A stretch of DNA of 64,000 nucleotides from Caulobacteraceae bacterium (GTDB lineage Bacteria; Pseudomonadota; Alphaproteobacteria; Caulobacterales; Caulobacteraceae): positions 14,961 through 78,960 of the forward strand of contig CANJXI010000006.1 of NCBI GenBank assembly GCA_947478785.1, read 5' to 3'. This document shows, one piece after another, positions 41,385 through 50,949 of the stretch (its first letter is position 1; each line of letters starts with the position of its first letter). The translations under genes and the position numbers were made by a program. The notes beneath the pieces are model-generated. The model was not told the DNA's origin and ran no database searches. It saw only the letters and a list, made by a program, of their open reading frames with translations.

Positions 41385-42106
41385 ACACCCGGGTAGCGGC
41401 CGTCGCGGAACTCGAACGCCGCATCGGCTACACCTTCGCCGACCGGGACCTCCTGGAGCGCGCGCTCACCCACGCGAGCGTCGGCGACGGGGCCAGGGCC
41501 GTGCGCCACAACGAGCGGCTGGAGTTCCTCGGCGACCGGGTGCTGAACCTCTGCGCCGCCGAGCGGCTGATGGCGCTCGACCCCGACGCCCGCGAGGGCG
41601 AGATGTCGCGGCTGATGGCCAATCTGGTGAACTACCACGCCTGCTCGCGCGCGGCCCGGGCGGCGGGGCTGCCGGACGCCATGCGGCTCTCGGCCAGCGC
41701 CAGCAAGGTCGGCGCCCGCAACTCCGACGCCGTGCTGGGCGACGCCTGCGAGGCGCTGATCGCGGCCCTCTACATCGACGGCGGCCTGGAGCAGGCGAGG
41801 GCCTTCTTCCAGACCTTCTGGGCCGACGAGTTCGAACGCGTCGACGAGCCGCGCGCCAAGGATCCGAAGACCCAGCTGCAGGAGTGGGCCCAGGGCCGCG
41901 GCCTGCCGCTGCCGGCCTATGACGTCATCGGCCGCGACGGTCCCGACCACGCGCCCTGCTTCACCGTCCAGGTGTTCCTGATCGGCTTCGGTCCCGAACA
42001 GGGACAGGGCCGCTCCCGCCAGGAGGCCGAGAAGGCCGCCGCTCAGCGTATGCTGCTCAAACGCGAGGGGCCCGATCCGGACGCCTCTCAGAAAGACATG
42101 TCATGA
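41381..42106 (+). CDS. rnc: Ribonuclease III
   Basis: HNERLEFLGDRVL, DACEALIAA, dsRBD DPKTQLQEW. Confidence 0.98.
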   Translation: MNTRVAAVAELERRIGYTFADRDLLERALTHASVGDGARAVRHNERLEFLGDRVLNLCAAERLMALDPDAREGEMSRLMANLVNYHACSRAARAAGLPDAMRLSASASKVGARNSDAVLGDACEALIAALYIDGGLEQARAFFQTFWADEFERVDEPRAKDPKTQLQEWAQGRGLPLPAYDVIGRDGPDHAPCFTVQVFLIGFGPEQGQGRSRQEAEKAAAQRMLLKREGPDPDASQKDMS

Positions 42107-43038
42107 CCACCCGCGCGGGTTTCGCCGCCATCATCGGCGCGCCCAACGCCGGCAAGTCGACCCTGACCAACCGCCTCGTCGGGGCCAAGGTCTCCATCGT
42201 CACGCAAAAGGTCCAGACCACCCGCTTCCCGGTCCGCGGCGTCGCCATGGCCGGCGAGGCGCAGATCGTGCTGGTCGACACGCCCGGCATCTTCACCCCG
42301 CGCCGCAAGCTCGACCGCGCCATGGTCCGCGCCGCCTGGGGCGGGGCGGCGGACGCCGACGTGATCGTCCACCTGGTCGACAGCGTCGCCGAGCTGAAGG
42401 CGCCCGAGCCCGGCGCCTCCTCGGCCGACAAGCGCTCCGCCATCGACGTCGAGTCGATCGTCGAGGGCCTCAAGGCCTCCGGCAAGAAAGCGATCCTGGC
42501 GCTCAACAAGATCGACGGCATGCGCCGCGACACCCTGCTGGCCCTGTCGAAGACGCTCTTCGACACCGGCGTCTATTCGGAGGTCTTCATGATCTCGGCG
42601 GCCAAGGGCGATGGGGTGGACGACCTCCTGAACCGGCTGGCCGGGCTGATGAAGGAGGGCCCCTGGTTCTATCCCGCCGAACAGACCGCCGACATCCCGG
42701 CCCGCCTGCTGGCCGCCGAGATCACGCGGGAGAAGATCTACCTGCGGGTCCACGAGGAGCTGCCCTACGCCGCCGCCGTCGAGACCACCGCCTTCGAGGA
42801 GCGCCAGGACGGCTCGGCCCGCATCGAGCAGACCATCTATGTGGAACGCGACAGCCAGCGCCCGATCATCCTGGGCAAGGGCGGCCAGACCCTGAAGTGG
42901 ATCGGCCAGAAGGCCCGCGAGGAACTCCAGGAGCTGCTCGACCGCCCCGTCCACCTCTTCCTGCACGTCAAGGTCGACGAACGCTGGGCCGACAAGCGCG
43001 AGTTCTACGGCGACGTGGGCCTCGACTTCGACGCCTAG
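42103..43038 (+). CDS. era: GTPase Era
   Basis: GAPNAGKST, QTTR, DTPG, NKID, EELPY, KH domain. Confidence 0.98.
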   Translation: MTTRAGFAAIIGAPNAGKSTLTNRLVGAKVSIVTQKVQTTRFPVRGVAMAGEAQIVLVDTPGIFTPRRKLDRAMVRAAWGGAADADVIVHLVDSVAELKAPEPGASSADKRSAIDVESIVEGLKASGKKAILALNKIDGMRRDTLLALSKTLFDTGVYSEVFMISAAKGDGVDDLLNRLAGLMKEGPWFYPAEQTADIPARLLAAEITREKIYLRVHEELPYAAAVETTAFEERQDGSARIEQTIYVERDSQRPIILGKGGQTLKWIGQKAREELQELLDRPVHLFLHVKVDERWADKREFYGDVGLDFDA

Positions 43039-43043
43039 ACCGC

Positions 43044-43775
43044 ATGGAATTCGAGGACGACGCCTTCGTGCTCTCGGCCCGCGCCTTCGGCGAGGCGGGC
43101 GCGATCGTCGAGGTGCTGACCGCCAGCCACGGCAAGTATGCCGCCCACGTGGCCGGCGGGGCCTCGCGCAAGATGAAGCCGGTGCTGCAGGCGGGCGCGC
43201 GCGTGATCTGCCGCTACCGGGCCCGCGTTTCCGACCAGCTGGGCTCGGCCACCCTGGAGGCGGTGGGGGAGGGCCCCTCGGCCTTCTTCGACGACGCGCT
43301 GGCGCTGGCGGGCCTGGCCGCCGCCGCCGCGATCGCCGCCGGCGCGCTTCCGGAGCGCGAGCCGCATCCCGGCGCCTATCTGGCCTTCGAGGCGTTCTCC
43401 GCCGCGCTGGCCGCCACCGACGACTGGCCCGCCGTCTTCGTGCGCTTCGAGGCGGGCCTGCTGCAGGAGCTGGGCTTCGGCCTCGACCTCACCCGCTGCG
43501 CGGCCACCGGCGTCACCGACGACCTGGTCTACGTCAGCCCGCGCACCGGCCGGGCCGTCTCCCGCGAAGCTGGCGAGCCCTACAAGGAGCGCATGCTGGC
43601 GCTCCCGCCGTTCCTGCTGTCCAGCCAGTCGCGGCTGGGGCCGGGCGACGTCCGCGCCGGCCTCGACCTCACCGCCCACTTCCTCGAACAGTTCATCTTC
43701 AACCCGGTCAACAAGCCCCTGCCGCCCGCCAGGCTCTGGCTCGTCGACCGCCTGAGCGACGCGGGCAGGCTCTGA
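43044..43775 (+). CDS. recO: DNA repair protein RecO
   Basis: SARAFGE, ELGFGLDL..CAATG, YVSPRTGRAVS. Confidence 0.96.
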   Translation: MEFEDDAFVLSARAFGEAGAIVEVLTASHGKYAAHVAGGASRKMKPVLQAGARVICRYRARVSDQLGSATLEAVGEGPSAFFDDALALAGLAAAAAIAAGALPEREPHPGAYLAFEAFSAALAATDDWPAVFVRFEAGLLQELGFGLDLTRCAATGVTDDLVYVSPRTGRAVSREAGEPYKERMLALPPFLLSSQSRLGPGDVRAGLDLTAHFLEQFIFNPVNKPLPPARLWLVDRLSDAGRL

Positions 43776-43791
43776 ACCCCCATTTCAGTCC

Positions 43792-43893
43792 GTAATCACC
43801 CGGCTTGTCCGGGTGACCCATAAGCACGGAACGACCCAGGTAAATCCCCGGCGTCGGCGTCTATGGGTGGGCCCGGACAAGCCGGGCCATGAC
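43792..43893. repeat. REP-like inverted doublet between recO and parC
   Basis: Left arm GTAATCACCCGGCTTGTCCGGGTGACCCATA and right arm TATGGGTGGGCCCGGACAAGCCGGGCCATGAC are imperfect reverse complements; each arm is itself a hairpin. Confidence 0.8.
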
Positions 43894-43979
43894 GATCTAG
43901 ATGTGGATGGACCAGGGTGCGCAGCGACGCGCCGAAGTCGGCGCCTTAGTGTGGGGCAAATTTCCCCCCGTGATTCTCC

Positions 43980-46208
43980 ATGACCGACGCCACCACCGCA
44001 CCGCCGCCCAGCGACCGGATCATCGACGAGCCGCTGTCCGAGGCGCTCAGCCGCCGCTACCTGGCCTATGCGCTCAGCGTCATCACCGACCGGGCGCTTC
44101 CGGACGTGCGCGATGGCCTCAAGCCCGTGCAGCGACGCGTGCTCTACGCCATGCGCGAGATGCGGCTGAACCCCGACGCCAGCGCCCGCAAATGCGCCAA
44201 GGTGGTGGGCGAGGTGATGGGCGGCTATCACCCGCACGGCGACCAGTCGATCTACGACACGCTGGTCCGCATGGCCCAGGACTTCGCCCAGCGCTATCCG
44301 CTGGTCGACGGCCAGGGCAACTTCGGCAACATCGACGGCGATAACCCCGCCGCCATGCGCTACACCGAGGCCCGCCTGACGGAAGCCGCCGCGCTCCTGC
44401 TGGAGGGCATCGACGAGGACGCCGTCGACTTCAAGCCGACCTACGACGGCCAGGACACCGAGCCCGTCGTCCTGCCCACCGGCTATCCCAACCTGCTGGC
44501 CAACGGCTCCACCGGCATCGCCGTCGGCATGGCGACCTCGATCCCGCCGCACAACGCCGGCGAGCTGATCGACGCCTGTTTGCTTTTGCTCGAAAAGCCT
44601 GACTGCACGACGGCCGACCTGATGGCCCATGTGAAGGGCCCCGACTTCCCCACCGGCGGGGTGATCGTCGAGCCGGCACGCTCGCTGCTGGAGACCTACG
44701 AGACCGGCCGGGGCGGGGTGCGCCTGCGCGCGCTCTGGGCGCAGGAGGACCTGGGCCAGGGCAGGTACCAGATCGTCGTCACCCAGATCCCCTACCAGGT
44801 GAAGAAGGCCGACCTGGTCGAGCAGCTGGCCGAGCTGATCGAGAACAAGCGCCTGCCGCTGCTGGGCGACGTCCGCGACGAGAGCGCCGAGGACGTGCGC
44901 CTGGTGCTGGAGCCCAAGTCGCGCAACGTCGAGCCCGCCGTCCTGATGGAGAGCCTGTTCAAGCTCTCGGACCTGGAGAACCGCTTCAGCGTCAACCTCA
45001 ACGTCCTCGACGCCCGCGGCACGCCCGGCGTCATGGGGCTGAAGCAGGTGCTGCTGGCCTTCCTCGACCATCGCCGCGATGTGCTGGTCCGCCGCGCCCG
45101 CCACCGGCTGGCCAAGATCGAGGCCCGCCTCCACATCCTCGACGGCCTCCGGATCGCCTACCTCAACCTCGACGAGGTGATCCGCATCGTCCGCTACGAG
45201 GACGAGCCGAAGCAGAAGCTGATCGCGGCCTTCGAGCTCAGCGAGATCCAGGCCGAGGCCATCCTCAACACGCGCCTGCGCCAGCTCGCGCGGCTGGAGG
45301 AGATGGAGCTCCGTAGGGAACACGGCGACCTGGCCGAGGAGCGCGACGGCATCGCCGGCATGCTGGCCTCGGACAAGGCCCAGTGGAAGCTGGTCGGCGC
45401 GGGCCTGCGCCAGGTGAAGGCCGCGCTGGGCGCCCTCAACATCCGCCGCTCGCTGTTCGCCGACGCGCCCGAGATCGACACCGAGGCCGCGCTGGAGGCG
45501 ATGATCGTGCGCGAGCCGATCACCGTCATCCTGTCGGAACGCGGCTGGATCCGCGCCGCCAAGGGCCGCGTCGACGACCCCTCGGAGCTGAAGTTCAAGG
45601 AGGGCGACAAGCTCCAGTTCCTGGTCCCGGCCGAGACCACCGACAAGCTGCTGGTCTTCGCCTCCGACGGCCGCTTCTTCACCCTGGCCGCCGACAAGCT
45701 GCCGGGCGCGCGCGGCAACGGCGAGCCGCTGCGCCTGATGATCGACCTCGACGACAAGGTCGGCATCGTCGACGTCTTCGTCCACCGCCCGGGCGCCAAG
45801 CGCATCCTGGCCAGCAAGGAGGGCTACGGCTTCATCCTGCCGCAGGACGAGGCCATCGCCTTCCGCCGGGCCGGCAAGCAGGTGCTGAACGGCAAGGCGC
45901 TGATCTCACTCCCCCTCGGCGACGCCGACCAGCTCGCCGTCATCGGCGACAACGGCAAGCTGCTGGTCTTCCCCGTCGACGAACTGCCCGAGATGGCCCG
46001 CGGCAAGGGCGTCAAGCTCCAGTCCTACCGCGAAGGCGCCCTGCGAGACGCCTCAGCCTTCCGCACGGGCGAAGGCCTGGCCACGGTGGACAATTCCGGC
46101 CGCACGCGCGTGTGGGACGACTGGCGCGACTGGCTGGGCAAGCGGGCCGGGGCGGGGAAGGTGGCGCCCAAGGGCTGGCCGGCGAGCAAGCGGTTCAGGC
46201 CGAGGTAG
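43980..46208 (+). CDS. parC: DNA topoisomerase IV subunit A
   Basis: [32 protein letters not shown]; 742 aa, shorter than GyrA, no GyrA box seen. Confidence 0.93.
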   Translation: MTDATTAPPPSDRIIDEPLSEALSRRYLAYALSVITDRALPDVRDGLKPVQRRVLYAMREMRLNPDASARKCAKVVGEVMGGYHPHGDQSIYDTLVRMAQDFAQRYPLVDGQGNFGNIDGDNPAAMRYTEARLTEAAALLLEGIDEDAVDFKPTYDGQDTEPVVLPTGYPNLLANGSTGIAVGMATSIPPHNAGELIDACLLLLEKPDCTTADLMAHVKGPDFPTGGVIVEPARSLLETYETGRGGVRLRALWAQEDLGQGRYQIVVTQIPYQVKKADLVEQLAELIENKRLPLLGDVRDESAEDVRLVLEPKSRNVEPAVLMESLFKLSDLENRFSVNLNVLDARGTPGVMGLKQVLLAFLDHRRDVLVRRARHRLAKIEARLHILDGLRIAYLNLDEVIRIVRYEDEPKQKLIAAFELSEIQAEAILNTRLRQLARLEEMELRREHGDLAEERDGIAGMLASDKAQWKLVGAGLRQVKAALGALNIRRSLFADAPEIDTEAALEAMIVREPITVILSERGWIRAAKGRVDDPSELKFKEGDKLQFLVPAETTDKLLVFASDGRFFTLAADKLPGARGNGEPLRLMIDLDDKVGIVDVFVHRPGAKRILASKEGYGFILPQDEAIAFRRAGKQVLNGKALISLPLGDADQLAVIGDNGKLLVFPVDELPEMARGKGVKLQSYREGALRDASAFRTGEGLATVDNSGRTRVWDDWRDWLGKRAGAGKVAPKGWPASKRFRPR

Positions 46209-46237
46209 GGAACTGCCCTAGGGCCGAAACTGCTTCC

Positions 46238-46672
46238 TCAAATGCTTCGGTAAAGTTCCCAAATCGCCTTGACCAACGGCTCCTTATTCCATCCCACAGT
46301 TCGAGATGCGGCCTTCGCGACTACGGAGGACGCTCGAAGCTGGCCCCAAGGATTTACAGCGAGAATTGGTTTCCCATAACCCACAGCTCCATCAATCTCT
46401 TTTCGAATCCATTTGCTGTAACTGGCATACATTCCGGTCGGGATAACGATGACATGGCTCATTGCAATCTGTTTGTAGATTGCCGCCTGAAGTGCTCCAT
46501 CTGTGGGAGCGGAGTGAATGGGGCTGCTGGACGGAACGGAATAGTCCCGCAAGTCGAGCGAGGTTGACCCGCTGCTCCATTTTTCTTGAAATATCCATTT
46601 TTCAAGTGTGTCGTAATGGTTCGAATACCACCAAGAATGGCTGATGAAGACATGTACCTGGGTGGTGCCCAT
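46238..46672 (-). CDS. TIR-like domain protein (DUF1863/MTH538, Thoeris ThsB-like)
   Basis: VFISHSW.Y, DYSVP, GMYASYSKWIRKEI (Glu at the catalytic position), KPILAVNPWG, VGWN; RBS GGAGAAGGGA; AT-rich. Confidence 0.88.
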   Translation of the reverse strand: MGTTQVHVFISHSWWYSNHYDTLEKWIFQEKWSSGSTSLDLRDYSVPSSSPIHSAPTDGALQAAIYKQIAMSHVIVIPTGMYASYSKWIRKEIDGAVGYGKPILAVNPWGQLRASSVVAKAASRTVGWNKEPLVKAIWELYRSI

Positions 46673-46959
46673 TCAGTGTCCCTTCTCCGTCGTGCCGCTT
46701 CAGTGCGCACTTGCTCTTAGATAAGCGCCCTACTGGATTTGAAGTTTTCAGGTTATGCCATTTTTGCAGCCTACGGTATTCACGCTCCGAATGAATGTCG
46801 ACAAAAGTTTGGGATGGTTTCTAGGTATAGAACTGATCTGGGGCGGCGGTGGTCGAGGTATTGTGAGTGTGGGGACTGGCTTTGCTACCTCTCAAGAGGT
46901 TTTGTGGCGGCGCTCGAGGCTAGGCTGACTGCCAGGGAATTGCGGGTCACAGGGGGTTG

Positions 46960-47466
46960 ATGACTATGCCCAACTTGAAAAAATTCACAGACGAGGAACT
47001 CTTCAGGACAAATCCGGATGAGTACTCCGATAAATATGTCGAGCATCTTCTTGAGCAATACAAAATATATGTGCAATCCCACGAAAAAATTAGCGAGCGC
47101 AGAGAAGGTGCAAACAAATTTTTCTTGGCGCTCAACAGCGCCGTCGTGGCCGGAATATCTGCTCTATGGGGAACGAGTTCCACTAATCAATTTATAATGT
47201 CATGTACGGGGGCTGCGGCTATCTCAATTTGTGTTTACTGGTATCGCGCAATTAGGTCGTATGACAATCTAAATACCGGAAAATTCAAAGTAATACATGC
47301 AATTGAACGCCGTTTGCCTCTAGCATTATATGAAGCAGAATGGATTGCATTGGGTAGGGGCAATGATCCTGAATTATATGTTCCGGTGAGTCATCTAGAA
47401 AGAGTTATACCGATCGCTTTCGGCGTTCTATATTTGATAATTATTGTTGCGAAGCTGTTCTCCTAG
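46960..47466 (+). CDS. Small integral membrane protein (RipA-like oligomeric membrane protein family, tentative)
   Basis: LLEQYKIYV..ISERREGANKFFLALNS, TM pair, W..AIRSY..LNTGKFKVIHAIE..LP, YEAEW, C-terminal TM; about 38% GC in the counted line 47221-47280; start 46957/46960/46966. Confidence 0.8.
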   Translation: MTMPNLKKFTDEELFRTNPDEYSDKYVEHLLEQYKIYVQSHEKISERREGANKFFLALNSAVVAGISALWGTSSTNQFIMSCTGAAAISICVYWYRAIRSYDNLNTGKFKVIHAIERRLPLALYEAEWIALGRGNDPELYVPVSHLERVIPIAFGVLYLIIIVAKLFS

Positions 47467-47543
47467 AGGCGCGTGGCCGTCGCCGCCGACGTGCGGGTAC
47501 CACGGTGATCGTGTAGGAATCGAGGCGCCGTATCGACGCCCGC

Positions 47544-47725
47544 CTACGTCCCCACTGGCTCCGGCGGGTCGAACGCCAGCATTCCCTTCGGCGGGCTCAC
47601 CAGCAGGTCGCCGTACCGCGCCCGGGGGTCCAGCCACACCGCGCGCGCGCGGCGTCGAGGAACACCGGCTGGCGGTCGTGGAACGGGCGCATGTCGTCGC
47701 CGTACCGGGCGTCCTGCGTGAGCAT
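47544..47725 (-). pseudogene. Truncated, frameshifted SRAP (SOS-response associated peptidase, YedK/HMCES-like) 3' fragment
   Basis: MLTQDARYGDDMRPFHDRQPVFLDAARA then, in another frame, VWLDP..; removing one GC unit from the (GC)n run at about 47640-47651 rejoins the frames; no 5' half. Confidence 0.65.
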
Positions 47726-47760
47726 GGGAATTACGGTGACAGTGTACGCAACCTGCTGCC

Positions 47761-48645
47761 TTACATCTGTACGTCCATGATCACCTCGGTCGCGTGGCGC
47801 TGGCCGTCCTCAGTGTAGGCCACCTCGAAGCGGTTGATGCCGCGCGCGAAGAACTTGGCCAGCGTCTTCGCGCTGACCTCGGCTACGGCGGTAGCGTCGC
47901 CGTCCTTCAACGTCACGTCCTTCACGCTAAGCGGGATGGCCTCGATGGTCTTGGAGTTCACGCTGTCGATGACCAGCGCCCTGGGCAGCGCGCCGTTCTT
48001 GGCGACCTTGATCCGGAAGGTGTCGTGCTTGGGCTGGGCCACGAAGTCGTCCAGCATGAAGTCGGCGGTGAAGCTCGGGCCGCCCAGGCCCGTCAGGTTG
48101 ACCCGGCGCGGCGCCGCCGCCTCCTGGCCCGCCAACCGCAGGTCGTTGACCGTCGAGACGTCGAACACCGTGCCGGGTGGTAGCTCGGCATTTCCGCCGG
48201 GCACGAACAGCACCGGCCAGAGCAGCAGCAGGCCCACTGTCCAGACCACCACCTTGTGGCCCGCGCCTTCCTTGTTGTAGCCGCCGGACAGCATGACGTT
48301 CTGGCCGTCGGTGGCGCGTGTCTCCACGCCGTCGATCGCCACCTTGCCCTCGGTGCCGGCCATGTTCCGGCGCGAGACCTTGCTGACCCGGCAGGTGGCT
48401 GGCGTGCCCGCCTTGATGAAGACGACGCCGCGCTCTTCCACGTCGCGCCACACCCGACAGCGGACCATGGTGCCCACGTCGTCGCCGCCGCGCGCGCTGG
48501 AGACGTTCTCGTCCAGTGACAGGTACATCCGCGTGCCGGCGTTCAACCCCGGCCCGCCCTCGGCCGCCTGCGCGCTCAGAGCCGGGGCCAAGCTGAGCTG
48601 GACGACCCCAAGCAGCGCAAGCGCTGCCGATCCGAAACGATTCAT
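47761..48645 (-). CDS. Secreted hypothetical protein with TrbI/VirB10-like beta domain
   Basis: Signal peptide; AGTRMYLSLDENVSS..G..V..RV.RDV...GVVFIKAGTPA.C.V pattern; internal hydrophobic hairpin. Confidence 0.75.
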   Translation of the reverse strand: MNRFGSAALALLGVVQLSLAPALSAQAAEGGPGLNAGTRMYLSLDENVSSARGGDDVGTMVRCRVWRDVEERGVVFIKAGTPATCRVSKVSRRNMAGTEGKVAIDGVETRATDGQNVMLSGGYNKEGAGHKVVVWTVGLLLLWPVLFVPGGNAELPPGTVFDVSTVNDLRLAGQEAAAPRRVNLTGLGGPSFTADFMLDDFVAQPKHDTFRIKVAKNGALPRALVIDSVNSKTIEAIPLSVKDVTLKDGDATAVAEVSAKTLAKFFARGINRFEVAYTEDGQRHATEVIMDVQM

Positions 48646-48916
48646 TTGCCCCCCGGCGATGAAGCGATCCGCCGCTCCTCACGGTTGTGAATTTGGCGGA
48701 CGCTCCTCTTGCAAGTCGTAGGCTCTAAGGCGACGCTTGCACAGTGAAAGCCGCCACCAACAGGCCGACAGGGACCCAGGCTTTTGTCGCGGAAGGCGCG
48801 TGAGGTTGGCTGCTGGGTGCGCGGGGGTCGGATCAGATGCGCACCCTTGGCAATGCATCTAAGGTGGTTGGTGGCGATCAGCCGCGCATAAGGTTCCGCC
48901 GAGGCGAGGTAGCAAG

Positions 48917-49045
48917 ATGCGCTCAATATTCGTAGCCGCACTGGCCGGTATTTTGGTGAGCGGCGGTCATGCCGAGGCTAAAGGCGTTCGCCAGTCCGAC
49001 CTCGACGCATGGGCAGGCCAGGCCCTGACGCATCCGGAGAGGTGA
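48917..49045 (+). pseudogene. 42-codon ORF with signal peptide, probable 5' remnant of a secreted protein gene
   Basis: RBS GAGG; MRSIFVAALAGILVSGGHAEAKGVRQSDLDAWAGQALTHPER*; below the ORF-track cutoff. Confidence 0.4.
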
Positions 49046-49063
49046 TGGACGGTAGCGCGCGGC

Positions 49064-49069
49064 TTGACA
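49064..49069 (+). promoter_or_regulatory. Consensus -35 element upstream of aspS
   Basis: TTGACA 59 nt before the aspS ATG; -10 element not clearly identified. Confidence 0.4.
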
Positions 49070-49127
49070 TCGCGGGGGCGCCATGCGCCCTTCCGCGCCT
49101 CGCAAATCACCCGAATTCGCTGACAAA

Positions 49128-50903
49128 ATGCACGCCTACCGCACCCACACCTGCGGCGCGCTTCGCGCCGCCGACACCGGCCAGACGGTCCGGCTTTCCG
49201 GCTGGATCCATCGCAAGCGCGATCACGGCGGACTGGTCTTCGTGGACCTGCGCGACCACTACGGCCTGACCCAGCTGGTGCTGCATCCCGATACGCCGGG
49301 CTTCGCCCTGGTCGAGCGCTTGCGCGCCGAAAGCGTCATCCGGATCGACGGCGAGGTGGTCGCCCGTTCGCCCGAGACGGTGAACCCCAACCTGCCCACC
49401 GGCGAGGTCGAAATCCGCGTGCGTGACGCCGCGGTCCTGTCGGAAGCCGGCGAACTGCCCCTGCCGGTGTTCGGCGAGCCCGACTATCCCGAAGAGATCC
49501 GGCTCAAGAACCGCCATCTCGACCTGCGCCGCGAGACGCTCCACCGCAACATCGTGCTGCGCTCCAAGGCCATCCAGTCGATCCGTAACCGGATGATCGG
49601 CCAGGGCTTCCTGGAATATCAGACCCCGATCCTGACGGCCTCCTCGCCGGAGGGCGCGCGCGACTTCCTGGTGCCGTCCCGCCTGCATCCCACCAAGTTC
49701 TACGCGCTGCCCCAGGCGCCCCAGCAGTTCAAGCAGCTGCTGATGGTCTCGGGCTTCGACCGCTATTTCCAGATCGCCCCCTGCTTCCGCGACGAGGACC
49801 TGCGCGCCGACCGCAGCCTGGAATTCTACCAGCTCGACGTGGAGATGAGCTTCGTCACCCAGGAGGACGTCTTCGCCGCCATCGAGCCCGTCATGCACGG
49901 GGTCTTCGAGGAGTTTTCCGACGGCAAGCCGGTGACGCCGTATCCGTTCCCGCGCATCCCCTACCGCGAATGCATGTCCAGGTACGGCACCGACAAGCCG
50001 GACCTGCGCAACCCCATCGTCATGCAGGATGTGTCCGACCCGTTCCGCGGCGGCGGCTTCGGGCTCTTCGCGCGGATCCTGGAGGACTCCAAGAACGCGG
50101 TGTGGGGCATCCCCGCCCCGACCGGCGGTTCCCGCGCCTTCTGCGACCGCATGAACAGCTGGGCGCAAGGCGAGGGGCAGCCCGGCCTGGGCTATGTCTT
50201 CTGGTCGGAGGACCAGGGCGGCTGGGGCGGCCCGATCGCCAAGAACTTCGGTCCCGAGAAAACCGACGTGGTCATGGGCCAGCTCGGCTTGGGCGCGGGC
50301 GACGCCGCGTTCTTCGTCGCCGGTGATCCGAAGACCTTCGCCAAATTCGCCGGAACGGCCCGCACCAGGGTCGGGACCGACCTGAAGCTCGTCGACGAGA
50401 ACCGCTTCGAGTTCGTCTGGATCGTCGACTTCCCGATGTTCGAGCTCAATGACGAGGGCAAGGTCGACTTCAGCCACAACCCCTTCTCCATGCCGCAGGG
50501 TGAGCTGGAGGCCCTGAACACCAAGGATCCGCTGGATATCCTGGCCTACCAGTACGACATCGTCTGCAACGGCTACGAGCTGTGCTCGGGCGCGATCCGG
50601 AACCACCTCCCGGAGATCATGCTGCGGGCCTTCGAGATCGCCGGCTACGGCGCCAATGTCGTCGAGGAACAGTTCGGCGGCATGCTGAACGCCTTCCGCC
50701 ATGGCGCGCCGCCGCACGGGGGCCTGGCCCCCGGCATCGACCGCATCGTCATGCTGCTGGCCGGCGAGACCGCCATCCGCGAGGTCATCGCCTTCCCGCT
50801 GAACCAGCAGGGTCAGGACCTGATGATGAACGCGCCTTCGGAAGTCGCCGACAAGCAGCTGAAGGACCTGCACATCCGCCTGGCGGCGCCGCTCAAGGCA
50901 TAG
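49128..50903 (+). CDS. aspS: Aspartate--tRNA ligase
   Basis: [54 protein letters not shown]. Confidence 0.98.
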   Translation: MHAYRTHTCGALRAADTGQTVRLSGWIHRKRDHGGLVFVDLRDHYGLTQLVLHPDTPGFALVERLRAESVIRIDGEVVARSPETVNPNLPTGEVEIRVRDAAVLSEAGELPLPVFGEPDYPEEIRLKNRHLDLRRETLHRNIVLRSKAIQSIRNRMIGQGFLEYQTPILTASSPEGARDFLVPSRLHPTKFYALPQAPQQFKQLLMVSGFDRYFQIAPCFRDEDLRADRSLEFYQLDVEMSFVTQEDVFAAIEPVMHGVFEEFSDGKPVTPYPFPRIPYRECMSRYGTDKPDLRNPIVMQDVSDPFRGGGFGLFARILEDSKNAVWGIPAPTGGSRAFCDRMNSWAQGEGQPGLGYVFWSEDQGGWGGPIAKNFGPEKTDVVMGQLGLGAGDAAFFVAGDPKTFAKFAGTARTRVGTDLKLVDENRFEFVWIVDFPMFELNDEGKVDFSHNPFSMPQGELEALNTKDPLDILAYQYDIVCNGYELCSGAIRNHLPEIMLRAFEIAGYGANVVEEQFGGMLNAFRHGAPPHGGLAPGIDRIVMLLAGETAIREVIAFPLNQQGQDLMMNAPSEVADKQLKDLHIRLAAPLKA

Positions 50904-50918
50904 GGCCGCTCACCCGGT

Positions 50919-50940
50919 CCTCCCCGCGCGCGGAGGAGGG
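50919..50940. terminator. GC hairpin between convergent aspS and lexA
   Basis: CCTCCCCGCGCGCGGAGGAGGG imperfect palindrome. Confidence 0.45.
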
Positions 50941-50949
50941 AGCCACGAT

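Noticed and set aside
44230-44260. ParC quinolone-resistance region reads [10 protein letters not shown] (no Ser at the E. coli S80 equivalent)
   Set aside because: A non-Ser residue here is common natural variation in alphaproteobacteria; not evidence of acquired resistance.
46201-48912. CGAGGTAG at the parC end (46201-46208) and at 48905-48912 as attL/attR
   Set aside because: Only 8 bp, with no integrase or tRNA, and expected by chance.
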